Source: an uncultured Oscillospiraceae bacterium
GTDB taxonomy: Bacteria > Bacillota > Clostridia > Oscillospirales > CAG-382
Assembly: GCA_964401015.1 (NCBI GenBank)
Contig: CAYNXA010000001.1
Location: forward strand, 1-37,099
Reading direction: 5' to 3'
DNA: 37,099 nucleotides
Numbering within the stretch: position 1 is the stretch's first letter; each line of letters begins with the position of its first letter. Made by a program: the position numbers and the translations under genes. This document shows positions 26,477 through 34,795 of the stretch, piece by piece. A model generated the notes under the pieces. It had not been told where the DNA came from, searched no databases, and was given only the letters and a program-made list of their open reading frames with translations.

Positions 26477-27403
26477 ATGAAAAAACAAAAGGCTCTTTTT
26501 ACGGCGTTGCCGCTTCTTCTTTTGACGGTGCTTTTTTCGGTTTTGTCGACAGCGGCGGCGGATTTTTCGAACGAAAATCCCCGCGTCATCGACGAGGCGG
26601 GACTATTGACCGACGCGGAGTGCGAAGAACTGTCGGAGCGGCTGGAAGAAATTCGTACCGCGCGGTGTATGGATATTGCCGTTTTGACGACCGATACGGT
26701 CGGGAACCGTTCGGTTGCCGATTATGCCGAAGGGGCATTTGAAACGTATGCGTACGGTTACGGCGACACGCGCGACGGCGTCTTACTGCTGATCAATATG
26801 GGAGAACGCGATTGGTATATCGCAACGCACGGCTATGCGATCGACTGCTTTTCGGACGAATTGCTCGATTATATCGGGGAAATGCTGGTTCCCTATCTTG
26901 CCGACGGCGAATATGCGGCGGCGTTCGGAAATTTTGCCGATCTGTGCGACGAGGCGATTGCACGCCAAAAGGAATATGATTCGACTCTCGGCACGATCGA
27001 CTCGGAAAACGAGCGGGAATATGAGCGGGAATACGAAGGCACATATCGGATCCCCGAAGAGTTTTATGAGTTTGACGAATACTTACCGCAAACCTTTCAG
27101 GTGTTTTCGACCGATCGACTGATCGTCGCACTGGTTTTCGGGCTTATCGTGGCACTGATTGTCGTATTGAGCATGAAAAGCAAACTGAAAAGCGTGCGCT
27201 ATCGTTCGGAAGCCTCCGACTATCTTCGTGACGGCAGTATGCAGGTGACCGAACGACAAGATCTGTTTTTGTATCATACCGTTTCGCGACGTGCACGTCC
27301 GCAACAAAATCACACGAACGGTTCGTCCGGCTCGCATCACGGCGGTTCGACGCACGTTTCTTCGTCGGGTTCTTCTTTCGGCGGCGGAGGCGGAAAGTTT
27401 TAA
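26477..27403 (+). CDS. TPM-domain (YgcG/YdjH-like) membrane-anchored protein
   Basis: 308 aa. It has a signal peptide, a TPM-type domain (VIDEAGLLTDAECEELSERLEEI...DIAVLTT...GVLLLINMGERDWYIATHGYA), a TM helix (LIVALVFGLIVALIVVL) and a Gly/Ser-rich tail ending GGGGGKF. RBS AAGGGGGAAG; 12 nt after the previous gene. Confidence 0.85.
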   Translation: MKKQKALFTALPLLLLTVLFSVLSTAAADFSNENPRVIDEAGLLTDAECEELSERLEEIRTARCMDIAVLTTDTVGNRSVADYAEGAFETYAYGYGDTRDGVLLLINMGERDWYIATHGYAIDCFSDELLDYIGEMLVPYLADGEYAAAFGNFADLCDEAIARQKEYDSTLGTIDSENEREYEREYEGTYRIPEEFYEFDEYLPQTFQVFSTDRLIVALVFGLIVALIVVLSMKSKLKSVRYRSEASDYLRDGSMQVTERQDLFLYHTVSRRARPQQNHTNGSSGSHHGGSTHVSSSGSSFGGGGGKF

Positions 27404-27512
27404 GGAAACAGTCGTTTTCGACCGATTTCGGCGAAAAAAGAAACGATAAAAAAGAATTTGTCGCGCTTTTTTACGAATGTTTCGCGATGAAAGAAAACCG
27501 AATAACAAAAAT

Positions 27513-27553
27513 CCCGACGCTTCGTTCGAATGAAACGTCGGGTGTTCTTTTTT
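27513..27553. terminator. Bidirectional terminator between the TPM gene and the ARH/macro gene
   Basis: Stem CCCGACGCTTC (27513-27523) / GAAACGTCGGG (27532-27542), 11 bp with one mismatch, then TGTTCTTTTTT on the + strand. The minus strand also has a T-rich flank (ATTTTTGTTATT). Confidence 0.7.
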
Positions 27554-27582
27554 GCAGATAAAATGAGGATACTTTTTCGAAA

Positions 27583-28962
27583 CTAAAATTCGCCGTTTTC
27601 CGCAAGGCGCTCCAGTTCGTAGCGTTCGATACGCTTTCGACAGGCGTCCAAATGGGCGGGGTCATTTACGATCCAACAAATTTTATCAAATACGTTTGGA
27701 TGTTCGGCAACAAAATCGATAACGGTACGCACCGCAATCTTCACGCTGTATTCCAACGGAAAGGAAGCCGAATCGACGGTTACGGGCAAAAAAGCAATAC
27801 GGCGCACGCCGTCGTTTGCCGCAAGGGTAAGACAGGCTTTATAGCACGAAACGATATAGTCGCCTTCTCCGCATCGACCGCCTTGCCAAGCGGGACGATC
27901 TTCGATCACAAAACGGCGGGGCAGACCACGCGCACAGACGATTTTTGCCGAGCCTACACGGAATATTTCGGGGGAATCGGTCGGATCGGGGTGAGCGACG
28001 AACAAATGCGACGCATGCATGACCGCGTCATAATCGAAAATATCCGTCAAAGTACCGTATACGGCACCGATAAACGTGGATTTGGCGCGGCGGGAAACAG
28101 TGCCGAATGACAGAACGTCGGGTTTGGAAGCGGTGACGCTTTTTTCGGTCGAATCGAACGATTTGGCGAAAAGCTTTCGAATAAGGGCGTGAAAGGCGTT
28201 GTTCAGCGTCGGGGAAATCTCATTTTCGGCGATGATTTTCCGATACCCGACGCGCGCGCCGAGAACGCAACCGACCAAAACCGTTTGAAAACAGTCGGCT
28301 TCGTTATGCGCGAAAGCGGCTTGTATGCCGCCGACACAGTCACACGCATAGCGGAACGCACAATAAAAGGCGGTATACGGAAGAGCCGTGTCCGAAAAGC
28401 GAAGCGCGAGGGCTTGCAGATGGATCGGATCGGGGGCGGAGTCTTGCGAAAGCTTTTCGGCAAGACGAACGAGTTGTTTTACTTTGCGGAAAGATTCTTC
28501 GCGCGAAAAGAGCTTTTGAACCGTTTCCAACGCTTCGGTCACGACGTTCGACAGACTGTCTTGGGGAAAAAAGACCGAACGGTGCAATATATGACACAAA
28601 ATGGCGGCGGATAAATAACTTGCGGGGTGGGGATAGGTATCGGACGTGGCTTGCGCCGCTTTGTAATCGATCGCTTGCATGTAGCTTGTATCGGTAAGGA
28701 CGTTTTCGGCGTTGCCGTCGTCGGAAAAACGAGAAGTCGAATCCAAAGAAAGCAAGGCGATACGGATCACATCGTTTCGCAAAAGGCTCTCGTGATCCAA
28801 ACCGTCATAAAGCGAACAAGCCAAAACGCCGCCGAGCAAACAACCGCGAATACGGTCGTCGGAATCGATCGGCAAAATATCCGCCGACAAGGTGTCGGTC
28901 AAATGATTCGACGTTTGCGCGCGTTCGTTTCGGGAATGAGGGTGAGAAAAATTTCGAGTCAT
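27583..28962 (-). CDS. ADP-ribosylglycohydrolase-like + macro-domain-like fusion protein (divergent)
   Basis: 459 aa. The N-terminal part starts with the ARH-type DRIRGCLLGG motif. The C-terminal ~170 aa resemble a macro domain (GTLTDIFDYDAVMHASH; PAWQGGRCGEGDYIVSCYKACLTLAANDGVRRIAFLPV...KIAVRTVIDFV). The canonical Gly-rich and acidic loops are not evident. The RBS is weak. Confidence 0.65.
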   Translation of the reverse strand: MTRNFSHPHSRNERAQTSNHLTDTLSADILPIDSDDRIRGCLLGGVLACSLYDGLDHESLLRNDVIRIALLSLDSTSRFSDDGNAENVLTDTSYMQAIDYKAAQATSDTYPHPASYLSAAILCHILHRSVFFPQDSLSNVVTEALETVQKLFSREESFRKVKQLVRLAEKLSQDSAPDPIHLQALALRFSDTALPYTAFYCAFRYACDCVGGIQAAFAHNEADCFQTVLVGCVLGARVGYRKIIAENEISPTLNNAFHALIRKLFAKSFDSTEKSVTASKPDVLSFGTVSRRAKSTFIGAVYGTLTDIFDYDAVMHASHLFVAHPDPTDSPEIFRVGSAKIVCARGLPRRFVIEDRPAWQGGRCGEGDYIVSCYKACLTLAANDGVRRIAFLPVTVDSASFPLEYSVKIAVRTVIDFVAEHPNVFDKICWIVNDPAHLDACRKRIERYELERLAENGEF

Positions 28963-29202
28963 GGAAACGGCTTACGATCCTTTCGTGAATTTTCGTGAAA
29001 ATGAAGTGCCGAGCGGGGAAAACTTCGACGTACAGCGGAGTTTGCTTCGCCCTTTCGGACTGCGAAAATCCCCGATACCCCACATATATCTTAACATAAA
29101 ATCGATTTTCTTACCACAAGAAATGCAAAAATAACCTGTTTTACGACAAAAACAGCACGGATTTGGGGGCGTTTGGGTAAGAAATGAGAACGTGACCGAC
29201 AA

Positions 29203-29242
29203 AACGCAAAAAAGAAATTACGCCCGCGTGAAAACGCGGGCG
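29203..29242 (-). terminator. Intrinsic terminator of the FTR-like/trx/rbr operon
   Basis: Perfect 8-bp GC-rich stem CGCCCGCG / CGCGGGCG (29221-29242), followed on the minus strand by TAATTTCTTTTTTGCGTT. Confidence 0.75.
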
Positions 29243-29275
29243 AGACGAAAATGTCGAAAATCGACGAAAAAGCGG

Positions 29276-29821
29276 TCAATAATTTTCCGCGCGCAATTGA
29301 AAATAGCTTTGCGGTTTGGAACAGACCGGACAAAGCATGGGAGCTGCCATGCCGACCACGATATGACCGCAGTTGCGACATTCCCAAACTTTGACACTGC
29401 TTTTGGCAAACACTTCGCTCGACTCGATGTTTTGAATGAGCTTGCGATAGCGTTCTTCGTGGGTCTTTTCGATATCGGCAACCATGCGAAAACGGGTGGC
29501 AAGCTCGGTAAAGCCTTCTTTTTCCGCCGTTTCGGCAAAGCCCGCATACATATCGGTCCATTCGTAATTTTCGCCGTCGGCGGCGCTTACGAGATTTTCT
29601 TTCGTATCCGAAAGCCCGCCCAATTCGACGAACCAGAGCTTGGCGTGTTTCCGTTCGTTTTCGGCGGTTTCGCGGAAAATTTCCGCCATTTGTTCATATC
29701 CCTCGGCTTGTGCCACTTCGGCGAAATACGCATATTTACTGCGCGCTTGTGTTTCGCCCGCAAAAGCGGCGGCGAGATTTTTTTCGGTTTCGGTTCCTTT
29801 GTACTTGTTGTCGCGGATCAT
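29276..29821 (-). CDS. rbr: Rubrerythrin
   Basis: ATG at 29821 follows AAGGAG. It has a diiron four-helix domain ([23 protein letters not shown]..., [21 protein letters not shown]) and a C-terminal rubredoxin-like WECRNCG...CPVC. The tracked extension to 29917 overlaps the trx gene's 3' end and has no RBS. Confidence 0.95.
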   Translation of the reverse strand: MIRDNKYKGTETEKNLAAAFAGETQARSKYAYFAEVAQAEGYEQMAEIFRETAENERKHAKLWFVELGGLSDTKENLVSAADGENYEWTDMYAGFAETAEKEGFTELATRFRMVADIEKTHEERYRKLIQNIESSEVFAKSSVKVWECRNCGHIVVGMAAPMLCPVCSKPQSYFQLRAENY

Positions 29822-29840
29822 AAAAAACTCCTTTCGCTTT

Positions 29841-30149
29841 TCACAATTCGAATGCGGCAACCAGCTTTTCGTACGGCATAAAGCCGACCTCACGCTTTTT
29901 TTCCTTTCCGTTTTCAAACAGGATCAAAGTCGGGATACTCATAATGCCAAAGCGTGCGGCAAGCGCACCTTGCTCGTCCACGTTGACCTTTCCGACACGG
30001 ATCTCGGAATGTGTTTCGCGCACTTGCTCCAAAATCGGCGCCGTCATTTTACACGGTCCGCACCATTCCGCCCAAAAATCCACAAGTAACGGCTTTTCGT
30101 CTTGCAATGCGGTTTCAAAATTTTCCTCGGTCAAAATCAGCTCGTTCAT
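29841..30149 (-). CDS. trxA: Thioredoxin
   Basis: ATG at 30149 follows GGAAAGGAA. 102 aa with the WAEWCGPCK active site and the [10 protein letters not shown] motif. Confidence 0.95.
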   Translation of the reverse strand: MNELILTEENFETALQDEKPLLVDFWAEWCGPCKMTAPILEQVRETHSEIRVGKVNVDEQGALAARFGIMSIPTLILFENGKEKKREVGFMPYEKLVAAFEL

Positions 30150-30235
30150 AGTTGTTCCTTTCCTTGTCTTTGCGGTTCTTTTCTTTTTGCCTTGTTTTTT
30201 CGGACGATCGTTTCGAAAACAAATTGCCGCTCGGC

Positions 30236-30433
30236 TTATTTGTATTTGTAATAGAGCATACAATGGCAAAAGCCCTCGAAATCGGGGTCGCGGATCTGAT
30301 CCCGAAATTCTCGGCAGATACATTTGTTTTCTTCGGTGCGGGCGATACGACAAGGGCAGTAGCCGCCGGTTCGACGCAGTCCTTCTTTTACGGTTTTTAC
30401 CGTTTCTTTATCGGGATTGAATACTACTTTCAT
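30236..30433 (-). CDS. Ferredoxin-thioredoxin reductase catalytic-subunit-like small Cys-rich protein
   Basis: ATG at 30433 follows CGGAGG. The 65-aa sequence is MKVVFNPDKETVKTVKEGLRRTGGYCPCRIARTEENKCICREFRDQIRDPDFEGFCHCMLYYKYK, with CPC...CxC...CHC triads as in FTR catalytic (PF02943-type) proteins. It is the first gene upstream of trx and rbr. Confidence 0.7.
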   Translation of the reverse strand: MKVVFNPDKETVKTVKEGLRRTGGYCPCRIARTEENKCICREFRDQIRDPDFEGFCHCMLYYKYK

Positions 30434-30588
30434 TGTCCTACCTCCGTTGTCTTTGCACAGACGCGAGTGCCGTATGTCGTCTTTGCGGAAAGCTTGTTGT
30501 CCCATAGACAAGTATACCCGCATTTTGACGGGAATATTTGAAGAAAGCGCGAAAAAATAACGATTTTCGTGTAAATCTTTTGTTTTTC

Positions 30589-30617
30589 TTGACTTTGACG
30601 GCGGATTGTGGTAGAAT
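30589..30617 (+). promoter_or_regulatory. Near-consensus SigA-type promoter of mntP
   Basis: TTGACT (30589-30594), 17-nt spacer, TAGAAT (30612-30617), with a TGg extended -10. Confidence 0.6.
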
Positions 30618-30623
30618 GAAACG

Positions 30624-30725
30624 GAAAGAAGAACGAACGAAAGTTCGGTGCGGCTTGCGTATCGGTGCCGCATTGACGCAGAAGTGCGTTTTTATTCGGG
30701 CGCAGCGGTGTGCCCGCGTTTTTTG
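30624..30725 (+). promoter_or_regulatory. Structured mntP leader ending in an intrinsic terminator (candidate Mn2+ riboswitch/attenuator)
   Basis: Hairpins are CGAAC-GAAA-GTTCG (30635-30648), GCGGC..GCCGC (30652-30672) and ACGCA-GAAG-TGCGT (30676-30689). The terminator stem CGGGCGC/GTGCCCG (30697-30716) is followed by CGTTTTTTGTTT, 35 nt before the mntP RBS. UUGAC followed by a tetraloop hairpin and GUUU resembles the 3' half of yybP-ykoY RNAs. I could not find the conserved GGGGAGUAG element. Confidence 0.35.
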
Positions 30726-30758
30726 TTTCAACGAAATCAAAGTTTGGCGGAGGATAAC

Positions 30759-31328
30759 ATGGGACTTTTGGAATTGTTTTTACTGGCTGTGGGACTTTCG
30801 ATGGACGCATTTGCCGTATCGGTCTGTAAGGGGCTGTCGGCGCGAAAGCTCGACCTGCGGCACTATTTGCTCATCGGCGTATGGTTCGGCGGTTTTCAGG
30901 CGCTTATGCCGACGCTCGGTTATATTCTCGGCTCGACTTTTGAAAAATACATCACGTCGTTTGACCATTGGGTCGCTTTTGTCTTGCTGTGTCTGATCGG
31001 CGGCAACATGATACGCGAAGCGCTTTCGAAAGAAGAAGAAACGACCGATGCGTCCTTCGATATCAAGACCATGGCGTTGCTTGCCGTTGCGACCAGCATC
31101 GATGCGCTTGCCGTCGGCATTACGTTTGCCTTGCTTCCCGACGTGAATTTGCCCGCCGCCGTCGGTTTTATCGGCTGTGTGACCTTTATTCTTTCGGCTG
31201 TGGGGTTGAAAGTCGGAAACGCATTCGGCTTGCGTTACAAGAGCAAGGCGGAGCTTGCGGGCGGTATTATTTTGATTTTGATCGGTACAAAAATTTTACT
31301 CGAACATTTGGGACTCATCGCGTTTTGA
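30759..31328 (+). CDS. mntP: Manganese efflux pump MntP
   Basis: ATG at 30759 follows GGCGGAGGA. 189 aa with the duplicated motifs GLSMDAFAVS and ATSIDALAVG typical of MntP/DUF204. Confidence 0.9.
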   Translation: MGLLELFLLAVGLSMDAFAVSVCKGLSARKLDLRHYLLIGVWFGGFQALMPTLGYILGSTFEKYITSFDHWVAFVLLCLIGGNMIREALSKEEETTDASFDIKTMALLAVATSIDALAVGITFALLPDVNLPAAVGFIGCVTFILSAVGLKVGNAFGLRYKSKAELAGGIILILIGTKILLEHLGLIAF

Positions 31329-32163
31329 CGCGGCGGCGCGGACGGTCGGACGAATCGATTTGACGCACACGGGTGATGAGAGCACCCAGCAGAATGATAT
31401 TGTTTACGAGAAACAACCAAAGCATCAAAACAATAAAACCGGCAATCGAACCGTACAGTACCGTATAATGGGAAATATGGTCGACATAGAACGAAAAGCC
31501 GACCGACACGGCGATCCAAGCGAAGCCCGAAAATGTCGTTCCCGCCAGAACGTCACGCATTTTTAAGGACGGGTTCGGAACGAATCGGTATGCCGCCGAC
31601 AAGAGCACGAACATATAAAGACCGATCGCAAAAAAGCGCAGGAACAAAAAAATGTCGATGACGCTTTCGGACACCCATGCGATACGCTCGGACAAAAAGC
31701 GCAAAGTGCGGTCGCCGAGCAATTGAAGCGCAAAGGTGAGATAAAAGCCGAGCACGATAAGTAAGGCGATCAAAAGCGAAAGCGCCCATTCTTTGACGAA
31801 GCCGTAATCTTTTTCACTGTGGAAAATTTCGCGGATCTTTCGCTTGAGAATGGTGATATAACGCGCGACGGCATACAGGGCAAGCAAAATCCCCGAATAC
31901 AAAAAGGTCGAATTGTTTGCGTTTAAGGCGCGATTGTAAAAATCAGTCAAAAGCGCCGAAACCGACAAAGGAAGCAGATTTTCCAAAAGATTCGGCAAAA
32001 TGCCTTCGGAACCGCTGACGATCGCCGTTACGGCACTCATTGCCAAAAGCAGAGGAAAGACCGAAAACAGAAAATAATACGAAAGCTCGGCGGCACTGCC
32101 GGTGATATGAAGCTCAAAGAACAATGTGACGAAGCGTTTGATCTTTTGCATGGTGCCTTTCAT
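31315..32163 (-). CDS. yihY: YihY/BrkB family membrane protein
   Basis: ATG at 32163 (AAAGGAG upstream). It has the SAAELSYYFLFSVFPLLLAM motif and 6 predicted TM segments. Its 3' end overlaps mntP by 14 nt in convergent orientation. Confidence 0.85.
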   Translation of the reverse strand: MKGTMQKIKRFVTLFFELHITGSAAELSYYFLFSVFPLLLAMSAVTAIVSGSEGILPNLLENLLPLSVSALLTDFYNRALNANNSTFLYSGILLALYAVARYITILKRKIREIFHSEKDYGFVKEWALSLLIALLIVLGFYLTFALQLLGDRTLRFLSERIAWVSESVIDIFLFLRFFAIGLYMFVLLSAAYRFVPNPSLKMRDVLAGTTFSGFAWIAVSVGFSFYVDHISHYTVLYGSIAGFIVLMLWLFLVNNIILLGALITRVRQIDSSDRPRRRVKTR

Positions 32164-32248
32164 CGGTGAAGAAAACTCCTTTCGAACGGTCGGAATGAAA
32201 CAGAATACGAAACAAAACGAAAATACGGGAACACGGAGTGGAAACGGT

Positions 32249-34678
32249 ATGGAAAACAAGAAAGAACGATATATACGCTATCGAACCGAAATTTTCAATA
32301 AAGCCTATGCTTTTTTGAACGAGGAACAACGACAGGCGGTCTTTACGACCGAAAAGCCGCTTTTGATCCTTGCCGGTGCGGGCAGTGGAAAAACGACGGT
32401 TTTGGTACAGCGTATCGCTTTTATCGTACAATACGGCAACGCCTATTTTAACGAAGAAATACCCGATTGGGCGTTGACCGATGAAAACTTGGCGTACTTG
32501 GAGGGGCTTTCCGAAAACGAAAACGCGTCTCCCGAAGAATTGGCGCGAGCCATGGAACAGTTTGCCAGCCGTCCCGCCGCACCGTGGCAGATCCTTTCCA
32601 TCACCTTTACCAACAAGGCGGCGGGTGAGATGAAAGAACGCTTGGAAAGCATTTTGGGCAAACGGGCGATGGAAATTTGGGCGGGTACCTTCCATTCGAT
32701 CTGCGTTCGTATCTTGCGCCGTTACATCGACCGTTTGGGTTATGACAAGCGTTTTACCATTTACGATACCGACGACCAAAAACGACTGATCACGGCGTGT
32801 ATCAAAGAAAGATCGTTGGACGAGAAAACCTTTCAGCCGCGCTCGGTGCTGAACGAGATCAGCCGCTCGAAAGACCGTTTGATCGGCTACGCCGCTTATG
32901 CGACCAATGTCGGGTCGGATTTCCGCAAAAGCATTATCGCACAGCTTTTTGAAATGTACGAGAAACGAAAAGCGGCGGCGAATGCGTTGGATTTTGACGA
33001 CATCATCTTTTTCACCGTGAAATTGTTGGCGGAAAATGAAGATATCCGTGAAGAATATCGCAAGCGTTTTCGTTATATTTCGGTCGACGAATATCAGGAT
33101 ACCAACTTCGCCCAATTCAATTTGGTTCGTCTTTTGTGCGGCGAAGAGGAAAATATCATGGTGGTCGGCGACGACGATCAAAGTATTTACAAATTCCGCG
33201 GCGCGACTATCGAAAACATTTTGAATTTCGACAAAAGCTTCGACAGCGTAAAGGTCATCAAGCTCGAACGGAATTATCGCTCCACCTCCAATATTATTGC
33301 GGCGGCGAACGCCGTTATACGCAACAACAAGGGACGCAAAGGAAAAGAATTGTGGACCGGAAACGCCGACGGAAACAAAATCGTTCTCAAAGAATGCGGG
33401 GATAACCTGTCCGAGGGCACGTATATCACCGACACGATAACGAAATTGGTGGCGGAAAAGGGCTATTCTTTCTCGGATTTTGCCGTTTTGTATCGAATCA
33501 ACGCACTTTCCAACGGTTTGGAACGCGCTTTTGCGCAAAGCGGTTTACCGTATCGCATACTGGGCGGTACACGCTTTTACGACCGTCGTGAGGTCAAAGA
33601 TGTTTTGGCGTATCTGTGCGTTATCAACAACCCGTCGGACGATCTGCGCCTGAAGCGGATCCTCAACGTGCCGAAACGCGGTATCGGTGACAGCACGGCG
33701 GACGAGATCGAACGACTGGCGCGGGAAAACGGAAAGAGTATGTTGGAAATCGCCGCAACGGCGCCTCAATATCCGAGCCTTTCGCGCAGTGCGATAAAAC
33801 TTGTGAGCTTTTCGAATTTGATTGCCGATTTTCGCAAAACCGCCGAAAACGAAATCCTGCCCGTGCTTTTCGAAAAGGTGATCGAAAAGAGCGGTTATAT
33901 GCAAATGCTTTTGGACGGCGGCGCCGAAGAAGCCGACCGAATCGACAACTTGAAAGAATTGGTGTCCAACGCCGTACAATACGAAGCGAGCAACGAGCAA
34001 GCGCTCCTTTCTGGATTTTTGGAAGAAGTGGCGCTCATTTCCGATGTGGACAATTACGACCCGAATTCGGCGGCGGTCGTGTTGATGACCGTACACAGTG
34101 CCAAGGGGCTGGAATTCCCCGTCGTATTTTTGCCCGGATTCGAAGAAACGATTTTCCCCGGAACGCAGTCGGCATACGACAACAACGAATTGGAAGAAGA
34201 ACGGCGGCTTGCCTACGTGGCGATCACCCGCGCAAAAAAAGAACTGTATATTTCGTATTGCCAACGGCGCTTGATCTTCGGACGCACGGCATGCAATCCG
34301 CGTTCGCGCTTTGCCGACGAGATTCCCGAAGAACTTTGCGATCTTCACAGTTTTTACGAAACGACGCCCTACGGAAGTTATGCGTCGTACCGCTCCGAAC
34401 GCACCGGACGGACGGCGTATGAAACGACGCGCCCGACGTATGTTCCGACCATGGCGAAAACCGGCGGCGAAGCAACGGCAAAAAAACGTGTTGCAAGTGC
34501 GGTCGGGAAAGTTTATCGAGCCGGCGATTCGGTACGGCACGGAAAATTCGGAAAAGGAATGGTCCTCTCGGCGACGACGGTCGGCGCGGATATTCTGTAT
34601 GAGATCGCGTTTGAAACATACGGAACCAAAAAACTCATGGGAACGTATGCGAAGCTGACCGACGACACGGGCGAATAA
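32249..34678 (+). CDS. pcrA: ATP-dependent DNA helicase PcrA (UvrD family, SF1)
   Basis: ATG at 32249 (GGAG upstream). Helicase motifs are AGAGSGKTTVL, TFHS, DEYQDTN, VGDDDQSIYKFRGA, NYRS, TVHSAKGLEFPVVF and YVAITRAKKEL. The C-terminal GDSVRHGKFGKG module is typical of PcrA. The tracked start at 32126 overlaps yihY and lacks an RBS. Confidence 0.95.
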   Translation: MENKKERYIRYRTEIFNKAYAFLNEEQRQAVFTTEKPLLILAGAGSGKTTVLVQRIAFIVQYGNAYFNEEIPDWALTDENLAYLEGLSENENASPEELARAMEQFASRPAAPWQILSITFTNKAAGEMKERLESILGKRAMEIWAGTFHSICVRILRRYIDRLGYDKRFTIYDTDDQKRLITACIKERSLDEKTFQPRSVLNEISRSKDRLIGYAAYATNVGSDFRKSIIAQLFEMYEKRKAAANALDFDDIIFFTVKLLAENEDIREEYRKRFRYISVDEYQDTNFAQFNLVRLLCGEEENIMVVGDDDQSIYKFRGATIENILNFDKSFDSVKVIKLERNYRSTSNIIAAANAVIRNNKGRKGKELWTGNADGNKIVLKECGDNLSEGTYITDTITKLVAEKGYSFSDFAVLYRINALSNGLERAFAQSGLPYRILGGTRFYDRREVKDVLAYLCVINNPSDDLRLKRILNVPKRGIGDSTADEIERLARENGKSMLEIAATAPQYPSLSRSAIKLVSFSNLIADFRKTAENEILPVLFEKVIEKSGYMQMLLDGGAEEADRIDNLKELVSNAVQYEASNEQALLSGFLEEVALISDVDNYDPNSAAVVLMTVHSAKGLEFPVVFLPGFEETIFPGTQSAYDNNELEEERRLAYVAITRAKKELYISYCQRRLIFGRTACNPRSRFADEIPEELCDLHSFYETTPYGSYASYRSERTGRTAYETTRPTYVPTMAKTGGEATAKKRVASAVGKVYRAGDSVRHGKFGKGMVLSATTVGADILYEIAFETYGTKKLMGTYAKLTDDTGE

Positions 34679-34701
34679 AGCATCGGAAAAACCGATTTTG
34701 C

Positions 34702-34746
34702 AAGAACGGAAAAAGGCAAGGCTTTTTCCGTTCTTTTTTTGTTTTT
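34702..34746 (+). terminator. Intrinsic terminator after pcrA
   Basis: Perfect 13-bp stem AGAACGGAAAAAG / CTTTTTCCGTTCT followed by TTTTTTTGTTTTT. Confidence 0.85.
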
Positions 34747-34795
34747 CGGTCGACCGAACGGTTGCATTCGGCTTTTTCCGCTTTGCCCGCGGCGG

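Noticed and set aside
28972-29202. 76-aa minus-strand ORF with CxxC-like spacing (PCCFCRKTGYFCISCG) in the 313-bp gap between the ARH/macro gene and rbr.
   Set aside because: It has no RBS and would have to be read through the rbr terminator region. Its composition is atypical of the other genes here, so it is most likely spurious. It would be worth a quick check only if transcript data show expression.
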